Both the position numbers and the translations under genes were made by a program. Under the pieces are notes generated by a model. It was not told where the DNA came from. It worked only from the letters and a program-made list of their open reading frames with translations, and made no database searches. DNA of 64,000 nucleotides. It comes from Candidatus Delongbacteria bacterium. GTDB taxonomy: Bacteria; CAIWAD01. Location: positions 928,001 through 992,000 of the forward strand of contig OY760505.1 in assembly GCA_963663545.1 (NCBI GenBank), written 5' to 3'. Position 1 is the stretch's first letter; each line of letters begins with the position of its first letter. Below, piece by piece: positions 20,901 to 29,448 of the stretch.

Positions 20901-20962
20901 TGCTCCGGGTACTCGACCGGCGCGGACGCGGTGCGTGTAGAAACAGCAGATTCATCCGGCAT
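17909..20962 (-). CDS. Hybrid sensor histidine kinase (Cache_2, 3 PAS, HisKA, HATPase, REC)
   Basis: DYVWI..MHPY.PDLEG Cache domain, AHDFNN H-box, GKGTGLGL, LLDMVMP; GGGAG RBS before ATG 20962. Confidence 0.93.
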   Translation of the reverse strand: MPDESAVSTRTASAPVEYPEHLLKGANAFGRTLLQTALPSMVLVVLFIAVVYGLMAPTIEANFLSQKKELCRRLVEAVVSDLDSRQEDVAEGLVNAAEMQQRAIKRLRRQRYGQEHKDYVWIVGPDGRFLMHPYRPDLEGADPATTLGPDGEPLSLLLGRMQQAIADSADGFLDYRWHWKDNLDLLVNKVSYVSAFEPWGWIVGTGVYVDDIQQEAASWRGRIIGIGLMLTMIAFGISLALSAQAQRHRQRELSYAERLFNSERQYRVLVENSVDVPFSLDHESRFTYINPRLNRLGIEAETLLGESFLALVCRTDRNRIEKVFREAVSHGGQFEFLFRLVRSGGSAGGWVEARGAVSHNEAQQPVSVNGILRDVNERQEAQQALQESEENLRITLRSIGDAVIATDVRGRVKQMNPIAEELTGWTFKEARGKLLSEVFNLVHAISEQPVTSPVSKVLATGEIIGMSNHTLLLSKDGHRRQIADSAAPIRNSEGRIVGVVMVFRDVTEEYAMQQTLRAREEQFRAIFETSPLGMVITSMHDWTVLRVNRTFEQIIALPSIEQHGLSLPEIGLQFDQKQYSEFRHRLESVGLVEEAQGRIRRQNGHERQVVFSSTAIEFEGEPAVLTAVMDVTQTRTLEDQLRQAQKMDVVGQLAGGIAHDFNNMLGAVLGNAELLAMELQEQSELQQYVGTILRGAQRASELTRKLLAFSRKGKMLSTPADVHQTINESVALLERSIDPRITIQKRFNANERIVIGDPTLLQNVFMNLAVNARDAMPNGGTLTFSTSNVELDAQYCRDHPFNLKPGVYVEIDVSDTGWGMSHDVLERVFEPFFTTKPVGKGTGLGLAAVYGTIKEHNGAIFVSSEPGIGSVFKVFLPVGLGQQLSAADESDVIQGTGTILVVDDEMVVRRTARSLLLSLGYDVLMAADGDEAVEVYRRHQPDIRLVLLDMVMPILSGRDTFLKLRELDPGVAVLFTSGFSYEQRIDDLLAMGARGFVQKPYRRSSLSREVHQAIHMS

Positions 20963-21082
20963 GGTTACTCCCGTCGAAGGCGTGGTCAATGATGCGGCAC
21001 GTGGCAGATCCGAGCGACCCTGAAAGTATCGGCAAAAATTCTGCAAGCTTTCATTATTGCTATGCCCGTATGCGCTGAAAAC

Positions 21083-21104
21083 AAAAAGCCGCCCGAAGGC
21101 GGCT
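21083..21104 (-). terminator. Intrinsic terminator of bfr
   Basis: AGCCGCC-TTCG-GGCGGCT-TTTTGTTTT. Confidence 0.85.
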
Positions 21105-21125
21105 GAAAGCTGCTATGGGGTGGAG

Positions 21126-21623
21126 CTACTCTGCGGCCGTACCGCTCTGACGGTTCCGGCTACGCTCCATCGACTGCAGAGCAAGGTAATTCACGCCGAA
21201 GCGATCCAGGTTGTCCAGCTCGTTATCGTACTGATCGTAGTGCCGCTCTTCGTCGGCAACCAGTTCTTCGAACAGCTGCTTGCTAATGGCATCGGCGTTG
21301 GTGCTGCACTCATTGGCCCACAGGTTGTAATCGTGAGCGCTGTTCTGCTCCATCTGCGAAGCCTTCTCAAGCATGCGACGGACATCGTGCTCCTTGTCAA
21401 CCGGCTGTGCCACGTTCATCTCGACCTCGCCCTTGAGGAAGAGAATGCGCTCGGCCAGACGCTCGACGTGCAGCATCTCGTCGATGGCAGTGCGCTTGAA
21501 CAGACCGGCAAGCAGGTCGTAACCCTGGTCATCACAATGGAAATGCCAGTACATATACTGGTGAACGGCGGCCAACTCGTCGGCCACTGCTTTGTTCAAT
21601 AGTTCGATGGATTTCTCGTGCAT
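21126..21623 (-). CDS. bfr: Bacterioferritin
   Basis: ELAAVHQYM.WH, AIDEMLHVERLAERILFL.G, DEE.H ferroxidase ligands. Confidence 0.9.
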   Translation of the reverse strand: MHEKSIELLNKAVADELAAVHQYMYWHFHCDDQGYDLLAGLFKRTAIDEMLHVERLAERILFLKGEVEMNVAQPVDKEHDVRRMLEKASQMEQNSAHDYNLWANECSTNADAISKQLFEELVADEERHYDQYDNELDNLDRFGVNYLALQSMERSRNRQSGTAAE

Positions 21624-21707
21624 GGTACTCTCCTGATTTGATACACAGTGGCAAGGTAATATCCCGACACAGAATGCGCGCCGGAAATGAAGACCAATTC
21701 AGTGGGC

Positions 21708-22343
21708 TCAGGCCTGCCCCGACTCAAGAATCCCCTGCGCAGCAGGATTTGGGCGACCCGGCACAGCGTAGATCAGCGGAATGCCCACCAGCGTCGTTGC
21801 GCCCTTGATAAGGATGTTGCTCAGGATGATGGAACCCACCACCGCCAGTGGCATGGTGCCGTAAAAGGCGACAAAGGCAAAGACCAGCGTATCCACGGGA
21901 ACGCTGACCGCGTTGCTCACCAGTACACGTCCCCACTGATGTTTCTCGGCGTAGCGTTGCTCCCACATCCGATAAGCTTCGGTGTCGATCAGCTCGGCCA
22001 CCACTTCAGCCAGAATGGAGGCGAAAACGATGCGCCAGACGGGTGCCAGCACGGCAGCAAAGGCAAGCTGTTCGCCCACCATTGGATCACCGGGCATGCG
22101 GGCCACCAGCCAGAAAAGCGCTGCCATAAGCAGATTGATGCCGGCGGCGGCAAAGATCAACGTGCGCGCAGCCTGAATACCTAGCTGCTTATGAACCAAG
22201 TCGCGCAGAGTGAAAGTCAGCGGATAAATCAGGGTACCGGCGTCCATGCTAAGCGTGCCCAGCATGACGATTTTCAAGCTGGTGACGTCAGCGAGTAGTT
22301 GAGCGGCGATGTAGGCGGAGATCAGAAGTACAATGCTTTTCAT
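21708..22343 (-). CDS. Queuosine precursor transporter (YhhQ/VUT family)
   Basis: ADVTSLK, GTL.YP.TF.L.D, RIVFAS..A..VAELID, R.LVSN.VS.PVDTLVF. Confidence 0.88.
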   Translation of the reverse strand: MKSIVLLISAYIAAQLLADVTSLKIVMLGTLSMDAGTLIYPLTFTLRDLVHKQLGIQAARTLIFAAAGINLLMAALFWLVARMPGDPMVGEQLAFAAVLAPVWRIVFASILAEVVAELIDTEAYRMWEQRYAEKHQWGRVLVSNAVSVPVDTLVFAFVAFYGTMPLAVVGSIILSNILIKGATTLVGIPLIYAVPGRPNPAAQGILESGQA

Positions 22344-22498
22344 TCTCGGTTCCAGTACTATCCTTGCCCGCAGGCTTCGCGCCCGCGCAGCCCGATAGAG
22401 TAGCATCCTCCGCGCTGGGTTGCCAGTGCTGCAGGCGAAAGAAGGGCACGCTGAGGGCAGGACGATAGACAAACATGAATCGGGCTCCTATTCCTGGC

Positions 22499-23176
22499 TC
22501 AGCTCAAACTGCAATTCGGGTTTTGCACGAGGTAATAGCGCAGTGTTGCACTAAGGCTGACCCGCAGGTTCTTCAGAAAATAGTCCTGAACATTTGTGTG
22601 CATTTCGTTCAGCTCCTCGCAGGCGGGAATGCGTCCCTTGCCTGAAACACTGCTGTAGCCGATTACCAGCGCACGAAACTGCTGCACAATTTCAAATTCG
22701 CTATCTGCGGGTAACTCGGGAAAAAGTCGCCGGAGCGTAGTCGCCACTTCCACAAACTGGCGCTGCGCATCACGTTTGTTTTCCAGGAGTTCCGCTACAT
22801 CCAATTGCTCTTCCAGCAGGCTGGAAATCAGCGTCATCTGGCGGCGAAAGCGGTCGGCGCGCCAGAATGCGGTACTGACTTCGCGACAGTAACCCTCGAC
22901 GCGATCGCCAAGCTCTAGGGGCTCCAAGCCAACCAGATGCCGACTCAACTCGCGGTAAAACTCATTGCGCAGCTGCGCCAGCCCCTGCAGGAAGACGCTT
23001 TCCTTGGTGGCGAAGTACAGATAAAGCGTGCCCTTGGCCAGACCCACTTCGCGCGCAATGCCCGCCATGGTCACGCGGTGATACGCATTGCTGGCAAAGA
23101 GCCGAAGGGCCGCGTCCAGAATCAGCTGGCGACGCTGCTCCTTCTCTTCGTCGCGCCGGGCATGTTGAGCTACCAT
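22499..23176 (-). CDS. TetR/AcrR family regulator
   Basis: ILDAALRLF...Y..VTMAGIA.EVGLAKGTLYLYF.TKE HTH. Confidence 0.92.
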   Translation of the reverse strand: MVAQHARRDEEKEQRRQLILDAALRLFASNAYHRVTMAGIAREVGLAKGTLYLYFATKESVFLQGLAQLRNEFYRELSRHLVGLEPLELGDRVEGYCREVSTAFWRADRFRRQMTLISSLLEEQLDVAELLENKRDAQRQFVEVATTLRRLFPELPADSEFEIVQQFRALVIGYSSVSGKGRIPACEELNEMHTNVQDYFLKNLRVSLSATLRYYLVQNPNCSLS

Positions 23177-23188
23177 GTGAGATTCCTT

Positions 23189-23235
23189 TTATGACCAAAG
23201 GTCATAATTAATATGACCACGGGTCATTTATCAAG
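23189..23235 (-). promoter_or_regulatory. Two palindromic operators overlapping the TetR promoter
   Basis: ATGACC-AAA-GGTCAT (23191-23205) and ATGACC-ACG-GGTCAT (23213-23227); TTGATA -35-like at 23230-23235. Confidence 0.8.
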
Positions 23236-23302
23236 GGGTGGGTTGGAATTTTTGTCTGCAACTGCGCAGCAAGCAGAAGGACGAGAAGCGCAAATGGGAA
23301 CC

Positions 23303-24061
23303 TTAGGCGCCGAGAATTGGACCCGTGTTATGCGTTGACTGATCTTCGCGGGCACGGGTCTCCTTCAGCTCTGCCCAGAACTTCTTGTAGAGGAAGCTCG
23401 CCGGACCGAGATCGCAGAGTTCCTCAAAAAAGGGTAGCGTAACACTAACCGCCATCAGACATTGCGGCAGATACTTGCGCATCGCCAGATCGCTGCCAAT
23501 GACCGCCTCGGGCCGTGAGAGATCGGAAAAGCACTGGATGAGCTGACCGCAACCGCTGCCAAATGGTGCTACGATCATCGCCGGCGTGTCACCCACGCGC
23601 TGGAAGTAGGCGCGACCATAAACCAGTGCACCCAACTGATCCGGTGTTACAAAGAGCGTAACGCTGCGTAGCCAAGGCGAAAGTGTATCACGCAGCGGGC
23701 CGATGGAAATGCGCTCGTGTGCGCTGGTAAAACACTTTGGGCGCTCGATCCATTCATTCATGCGCTCGCGATTGGCCATTAAGCCTTCTTCCTCCACGAG
23801 GAAATCGAGAAAGGCCTCGCGAGGACGTGTTTCCTTCTGAAACAGCGCAAACGCCGCCCCACCACAGCCGAAAGACTCGTCGGTGAGCAGCAGATGTGTG
23901 CCCTTCAACCATTGTCGGTAGAAGGCAAAAGTACACACGCGCGAGTTTGGCGGCGGTGATACACTGTTCTCGACTTCCAGACCCGCGGGTAGATCGTAGA
24001 GGCCGATCAGCGGTGTTGTCAGCCCAAGCTTTTCGATGAGCATTGTCGGATCGCTGGTCAT
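23303..24061 (-). CDS. DUF169-like protein
   Basis: FGCGGA, IGPL, VTLFVTPDQLGALV, APFGSGC, AVIG.D.A.RK; GGAGG RBS. Confidence 0.7.
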   Translation of the reverse strand: MTSDPTMLIEKLGLTTPLIGLYDLPAGLEVENSVSPPPNSRVCTFAFYRQWLKGTHLLLTDESFGCGGAAFALFQKETRPREAFLDFLVEEEGLMANRERMNEWIERPKCFTSAHERISIGPLRDTLSPWLRSVTLFVTPDQLGALVYGRAYFQRVGDTPAMIVAPFGSGCGQLIQCFSDLSRPEAVIGSDLAMRKYLPQCLMAVSVTLPFFEELCDLGPASFLYKKFWAELKETRAREDQSTHNTGPILGA

Positions 24062-24072
24062 TTGTCCTCCCG

Positions 24073-24789
24073 CTACACTCCCAAGGAATGTCGTTGCTCT
24101 TTGCTCAGTTTTCGGCTGCCTTCCCTCAACACTGTGCGGTGACACAGAGATTTCGTGTCACGCAAAAAGCTGATAGCGGCGGCGACGTCCGCGTCCGTGA
24201 TTTCGCGTAGCGCCCAGGCGACCGCCTTGCGCACATCGGCCTTTGGATCGTTGAGCAAGGGGTGACACAATTCCAGACAAGCAATTGGATGACTGCGTCC
24301 TCGCTGCTGCAAACTGGCCGCGCAGGCCATGACAAAACGACGTCGCCAAGTGGACTCGCTGCTCGTCCACGACTGCAACTCGAGAATGTGCTGCGGATGA
24401 CGATCCAGCAGCGGCGCGGCGACTCCCATGGCCAACTGATCGCAGAGTTCCCAATCGGCAATGTGATCCAGCCAGGAATCGATCTGTAGCCAATGCGTCC
24501 ACTGCAGCTCACGATTACGTTTTGCCAGCCAGAAGATGTAACACAACACTTCTTCACGACTGCCTTGAGCAAAAGCGTGATGTAGAAGCAGCAGAAGTTG
24601 TTCAAAAGGAAGCTGACGATGCTCACGGTGCAGATCTGCAGCCAAGCCCCGGATCTTCGGCACGCGCACGCCGAGACTGTGACGCATGCCTGGAACCACG
24701 GTGGTCATCCCGACCAGATAGTCCTGATCGACGCACGCCCGCAGTCGCTCACCCGCCACCTGATGTATCACATCCCGAACCTGTGACAC
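24073..24789 (-). CDS. DNA alkylation repair protein (AlkD-like HEAT fold)
   Basis: LGVRVP.IR.LA, W.D.I.DWELCDQLA, W.SS...W.RR, VRKAVAWALRE. Confidence 0.85.
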   Translation of the reverse strand: MSQVRDVIHQVAGERLRACVDQDYLVGMTTVVPGMRHSLGVRVPKIRGLAADLHREHRQLPFEQLLLLLHHAFAQGSREEVLCYIFWLAKRNRELQWTHWLQIDSWLDHIADWELCDQLAMGVAAPLLDRHPQHILELQSWTSSESTWRRRFVMACAASLQQRGRSHPIACLELCHPLLNDPKADVRKAVAWALREITDADVAAAISFLRDTKSLCHRTVLREGSRKLSKEQRHSLGV

Positions 24790-24791
24790 AA

Positions 24792-25268
24792 CTACTCACC
24801 AGCCTTAACAACCAGCGGCTGATCCAGCAGGACCTCCATACCATCGCCGTGGCGGAAGCTGACTTTCATACGCCAGTCCCCCTCCTGCTCAAGGCGAACG
24901 AATCGCCAGGTGCGATAACGGATGCTACCGCTGGCGCTGAGCTCCTTGCTGATTTGTGTCACACCATCGTGAATGAACTCAACCTGAATGCCGTTGACCT
25001 CTTCGCCCTGCGGCACCAGAAAGCGAAACCAGACGTTGTAAGCCTCACCCTTGATCAGCGCATCGGGTGCCACTAGATCAGCGCACTCGTTCTCCACAAC
25101 ATTGTGACAGAAGCGGGCATCCATCAGAATGGGACCCTGACCTTGGCCCAGCAGGTAATAGTCGATTACGTTGCGAGCGTCTTCTGCACTGGGTTTGTTC
25201 TGCGCAAAAGCCGTCGCGCAGGCCAGTAGCAATGCAAGGGTCAGCGTCAGGGGTCGAATACTCTGCAT
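24792..25268 (-). CDS. Secreted hypothetical protein (DUF2914-like Ig fold)
   Basis: Signal peptide ending AFA; RYRTW...GDW motif; GGAGG RBS. Confidence 0.6.
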   Translation of the reverse strand: MQSIRPLTLTLALLLACATAFAQNKPSAEDARNVIDYYLLGQGQGPILMDARFCHNVVENECADLVAPDALIKGEAYNVWFRFLVPQGEEVNGIQVEFIHDGVTQISKELSASGSIRYRTWRFVRLEQEGDWRMKVSFRHGDGMEVLLDQPLVVKAGE

Positions 25269-25398
25269 GTTTCCTCCCGGGTTGATGGAATAAAAGTAAC
25301 AGTGCGCTTGTGTATTGCGCACCTGGCATGCGTACATTGGCCAAGAATTCCGCTACGGAGGTCGCGGTGGAAGGTGTGTCACCTCAAGGAAAGGTTGC

Positions 25399-27786
25399 AT
25401 GCAACAAGAGCAACAAGGTTACGGCTTCGGAACCGCTCCGGTCTTCCTGGCTGCCATCAGCACCATTCTAGGTGCTGTCCTCTTCCTGCGCTTCGGCTAT
25501 GCCGTTGGTCACGTCGGCCTGATGGGATCCATTCTGATCATCCTGATTGGTCATATGATTACCATTCCGACCGCCATGGCCATTGCCGAAATCGCCACCA
25601 ATCTGAAGGTGGAAGGCGGCGGCGAGTATTACATCATCAGCCGTTCCTTCGGTAGTACGGTGGGTGGCACCATCGGTTTGAGCCTGTACCTGTCGCAAGC
25701 TATATCCGTTGCCTTCTACATGATCGCCTTCGCAGAGGCCTTTCGACCGGCTTTCCCCTGGCTGGCATCGGTGCTGGGCTTCCAGCCTGGACTGTGGATG
25801 ATCAGCATTCCAGCCACAGCTGTTCTGCTCTTCGTCATCCTCAAGCGCGGCGCCGATCTGGGTGTCACGGTGCTCTGGGCCGTTGTCGGCGTGCTGGCCA
25901 TCTCGCTGCTGGCCTTCTTCCTGGGACATAGCGGCAGCAACGACGGCAGCCTGGATCTCTTCGCCCACGTTACCAACCCGAACAAGTTCTTTACCGTCTT
26001 CGCCATCATTTTTCCCGCCTTCACCGGTATGACCGCCGGCGTCGGTCTTTCGGGTGACTTGAAAAATCCGCGGCGTTCGATTCCCCTGGGCACCATGACG
26101 GCTACCGTGGCCGGCATGATCATCTACCTGCTGGTGGTAATGAAGCTGGCAGGCAATCTGCACCCGGATGAACTCGTCGCGGACCAGTTCGCCATGTCCA
26201 AGGTGGCCCTCTGGGGTCCGATCATTCCCATTGGTCTGGCGGCGGCCACGCTGTCCTCGGCCATCGGCTCCATTCTGATTGCGCCCCGAACCCTGCAGGC
26301 GCTGGCCATTGACGGCATCCTGCCCAGCAACTGGGCCAACCGGCTGTTGGCGCGAGGTCGCGGTGCAGGCAATGAGCCCTACATGGCCACACTGGTCACG
26401 GCAGTCATTGTCTTTGGTTTTGTTTCCATGGGTAACGTGGATTTTGTAGCACAAATCATCTCCATGTTCTTCATGATCACCTACGGTAGCCTGTGCCTGG
26501 TGAGCTTCCTGGAGCACTTCGCAGGCAACCCGACCTATCGTCCCACCTTCCGCAGCCGCTGGTACATTTCACTGATCGGCGCGGTGGGCAGCTTCGTCAT
26601 CATGTTCCAGATGTCGCCGCTGTACTCGACGTTTTCCGTAATCGCCATCGTGCTGCTCTACATCAGTATACGCTCCGGACGCCGCGCACATGGCGAAGTG
26701 GACGATCTCTCGCAGATGATCAAGGGCGCGCTCTTCCAGTTGACGCGCCGCCTGCAGATTCTGATTCAGCGCCGCCAGGCAAGCGAAATGGCCGTCGGCT
26801 GGCGTCCCTCCTTCGTGGCGGTTTCCTCCGATTCTCTTTCGCGGCTAGCGCCTTTTGATCTGCTGCGCTGGATCTCGCACCACTACGGCTTCGGCACTTT
26901 CATCCACCACATCCACGGCTATCTAGATGAGAAGACGGCCGCCGAAGCGCGCTTCCGTCTGGACCAACTCATCGATCAGAGTCGCGCGAGCGAAGCAGGC
27001 ATCTATGTCGATACGATCATCTCCCCCAGCTTCCGCACCGCTGTCGCACAAATCGTGCAGATTCCCGGCATTTCGGGGCTCGAAAACAACGGCATCCTCT
27101 TCGAGTTCCACAAGGACCAACCGGAGCGCGTTCCGGAAATCGTTGATGTGATACACTTCGCTGCGTTGGTGGACTTCAACCTTTGCGTGTTACGCTCCTC
27201 TGACCGCCACTTCGGCTACCGCCGCAACATCCACATCTGGCTGCATCCCGGCGATTTGCGCAACGGCAACCTGATGATCCTGATGGCCTACATCCTCATT
27301 GGGCACCCCGACTGGCACGATTGCTCCATCAGCCTCTACGCACTGTTGGACAAGGAAGACCTGCAGGCTCAGCTCAACCGGCTGAATCAGCTGATTCAAA
27401 ATGGACGCCTGCCGATTTCGCTGAACAATGTGAAGCGCATCCCCTGGGACGGCCACACGGAGACCTACGAGAATCTCGTGTTACAACACTCCGAGCTGGC
27501 GGATCTGGTAATCGTGGGCTTCTCGCTGAAGAAGCTGCGCAAGGAAGCGGGTGCCTTCTTCACACGTTTCACAGGCCTGCACGAAGTCCTCTTTGTGCAC
27601 GCGGGTCAGCAGATTGCCATTTTAGATGACGCCGCGCATAAGCAAACCGGACCGTTGCCGGAGCAGCAGAACGCCGTGACACCGGAGACTCCGCCAGCAC
27701 AAGAGGAAAAACCGGTGGAAGCGCAGACGGACCTCCCGAAGGAAGAATCAGCAGCAGAGCAGAATGAAGCGGAGCAGGACAAGTGA
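25399..27786 (+). CDS. APC-superfamily permease, cation-chloride cotransporter (SLC12)-like
   Basis: FGT.PVF..ISTILGAVLFLRFG..VG, GGGEYYIISRSFG, FPAFTGM.AG..LSGDLKNP.RSIP.GT, long cytoplasmic C-terminus. Confidence 0.88.
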   Translation: MQQEQQGYGFGTAPVFLAAISTILGAVLFLRFGYAVGHVGLMGSILIILIGHMITIPTAMAIAEIATNLKVEGGGEYYIISRSFGSTVGGTIGLSLYLSQAISVAFYMIAFAEAFRPAFPWLASVLGFQPGLWMISIPATAVLLFVILKRGADLGVTVLWAVVGVLAISLLAFFLGHSGSNDGSLDLFAHVTNPNKFFTVFAIIFPAFTGMTAGVGLSGDLKNPRRSIPLGTMTATVAGMIIYLLVVMKLAGNLHPDELVADQFAMSKVALWGPIIPIGLAAATLSSAIGSILIAPRTLQALAIDGILPSNWANRLLARGRGAGNEPYMATLVTAVIVFGFVSMGNVDFVAQIISMFFMITYGSLCLVSFLEHFAGNPTYRPTFRSRWYISLIGAVGSFVIMFQMSPLYSTFSVIAIVLLYISIRSGRRAHGEVDDLSQMIKGALFQLTRRLQILIQRRQASEMAVGWRPSFVAVSSDSLSRLAPFDLLRWISHHYGFGTFIHHIHGYLDEKTAAEARFRLDQLIDQSRASEAGIYVDTIISPSFRTAVAQIVQIPGISGLENNGILFEFHKDQPERVPEIVDVIHFAALVDFNLCVLRSSDRHFGYRRNIHIWLHPGDLRNGNLMILMAYILIGHPDWHDCSISLYALLDKEDLQAQLNRLNQLIQNGRLPISLNNVKRIPWDGHTETYENLVLQHSELADLVIVGFSLKKLRKEAGAFFTRFTGLHEVLFVHAGQQIAILDDAAHKQTGPLPEQQNAVTPETPPAQEEKPVEAQTDLPKEESAAEQNEAEQDK

Positions 27787-28499
27787 ACCTTGGCGCCAGT
27801 TGGGAACCGTTGGACCTGAGTCCTGGAACGGAGTGCGAACGCAATGTGGATGAGCTGCAGATTCGAGCGTGTCACAGAAGCGGAAGTCTGATGATCCGTT
27901 GCAGCTATCCTGACCAACTGGCTCAGCCCTGGACAGGCAGCGTGATTGATGAACGCAATCGTGTTACAATTATGCCGCAACTTCCTGATCTGGTTGTACA
28001 GGCCGCACTGCCGGAAAAACTGCTGCTGCTCCCGCGTGAAGTACGTCGTTTCTGGCTGGATCTTCCTGCCTGGCTGAGTATCACGGCTACCGATAATCAT
28101 GTAGCGCTCTTCGGCGGACCAACACGACGGCTGAAAACCACATGGTTTGGTGAGTTGCACGAAGGATCACTGGAGTATTGGGTGCAGACCGTGCCCCTTG
28201 CTGACCGCACTGTGTTACACGCTGATACTGCGGTGCGTGTGCCTGTGAAGGTGCACTTCGAAGGCAAACAGCTGGCCACTCTTGAGCGACTGCGCTTGCC
28301 CTTTCCCAACATGACGCTGTTCGAGCACGACGGGCAATTGTGGACGGACCGGGTCAATGTGCTGCTACGCGAAGACCAGGAGGACATCGTGTCGGTAAGC
28401 GGACGCACTCCGCGCGATCTTCCCGGTGCAACACTGATCGCTTCACCGCGCGTAGTGCACAGGCGAGGAGCACTCCCGCTTCTGCAGCGCAGTCTGTAA
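27783..28499 (+). CDS. Hypothetical protein (DUF432-like)
   Basis: GTGA overlap with permease; P.LPD..V, L..TWFG...G.L.Y pattern. Confidence 0.55.
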   Translation: MNLGASWEPLDLSPGTECERNVDELQIRACHRSGSLMIRCSYPDQLAQPWTGSVIDERNRVTIMPQLPDLVVQAALPEKLLLLPREVRRFWLDLPAWLSITATDNHVALFGGPTRRLKTTWFGELHEGSLEYWVQTVPLADRTVLHADTAVRVPVKVHFEGKQLATLERLRLPFPNMTLFEHDGQLWTDRVNVLLREDQEDIVSVSGRTPRDLPGATLIASPRVVHRRGALPLLQRSL

Positions 28500-28519
28500 A
28501 GCCCTGGCATGAGGATGGA

Positions 28520-29401
28520 ATGGATAGTCTTGCTGTAGCGCAAAATCTCCACTGGTATTCGCACCTGACGGCGGGTAATCTGGAACTCTTCCTGCGTGTG
28601 GCGTTGCTACTTGTGGTGGGAATACCCGGCTCCTACCTGCTGACAAGGCTGATTGGGCGTGTGTCACGTAGAAGTCTATCGCCGCAGCACCAGATGATTC
28701 TGGTCAAGGTTGTGCTCTATACGTGTATCACCGTTGTGCTACTTACAGCGTTGAATGAGCTGGGCTTTCACCTCTCAACATTACTGGGCGCCGCTGGCAT
28801 CATTGGCATCGCCCTCGGTTTTGCCTCACAGACCAGCGTCTCCAACATCATCAGCGGCCTCTTTCTGATTGCCGAGAAGCCCTTTGTGGTCGGCGATATT
28901 GTGCAAGTAGGTGCTACAACGGGCGCGGTGCTCAGCGTTGACATCCTCTCGGTAAAGCTGAAGACTTTCGACAACCGCTTCATTCGCATTCCCAACGAAA
29001 CACTGATCAAGAGCGAAGTGGTCAATTTTACTCGTTTTCCCATTCGACGTATCGATATTGCGGTGGGTGTGGCCTACAAAGAAGATCTGGATCGTGTAAC
29101 ACGCGTGCTCGAAGAAGTCGCCGACACTTGTCTGGACTCCCTGAAGGATCCAGCACCGCTGGTTTTCGTCACCGGTTACGGCGCGAGCTCCATCGACTTC
29201 CAGTGCAGTGTCTGGGCACCACGCGAGAAATGGCTGAATACACGCACTGCCATGTTCAAGGCCATCAAACGGCGTTTTGATGAGGAAGGCATTGAGATTC
29301 CCTTCCCGCATGTGTCACTCTACGCGGGTAGCATCAGCGATCCGCACAAGATTCAGGTGCTGAGCCATTCGCCTGATGGTCATGAGGATCAAGCTCGGTA
29401 A
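28520..29401 (+). CDS. Small-conductance mechanosensitive channel (MscS family)
   Basis: GAAGIIGIALGFASQ..SN.ISG, KPF.VGD, TFDNR.IRIPN, GIEIPFP. Confidence 0.93.
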   Translation: MDSLAVAQNLHWYSHLTAGNLELFLRVALLLVVGIPGSYLLTRLIGRVSRRSLSPQHQMILVKVVLYTCITVVLLTALNELGFHLSTLLGAAGIIGIALGFASQTSVSNIISGLFLIAEKPFVVGDIVQVGATTGAVLSVDILSVKLKTFDNRFIRIPNETLIKSEVVNFTRFPIRRIDIAVGVAYKEDLDRVTRVLEEVADTCLDSLKDPAPLVFVTGYGASSIDFQCSVWAPREKWLNTRTAMFKAIKRRFDEEGIEIPFPHVSLYAGSISDPHKIQVLSHSPDGHEDQAR

Positions 29402-29448
29402 TCCAGTCTTTGCTGTGATACACATCTTACGATGATTCACATGCTCGC

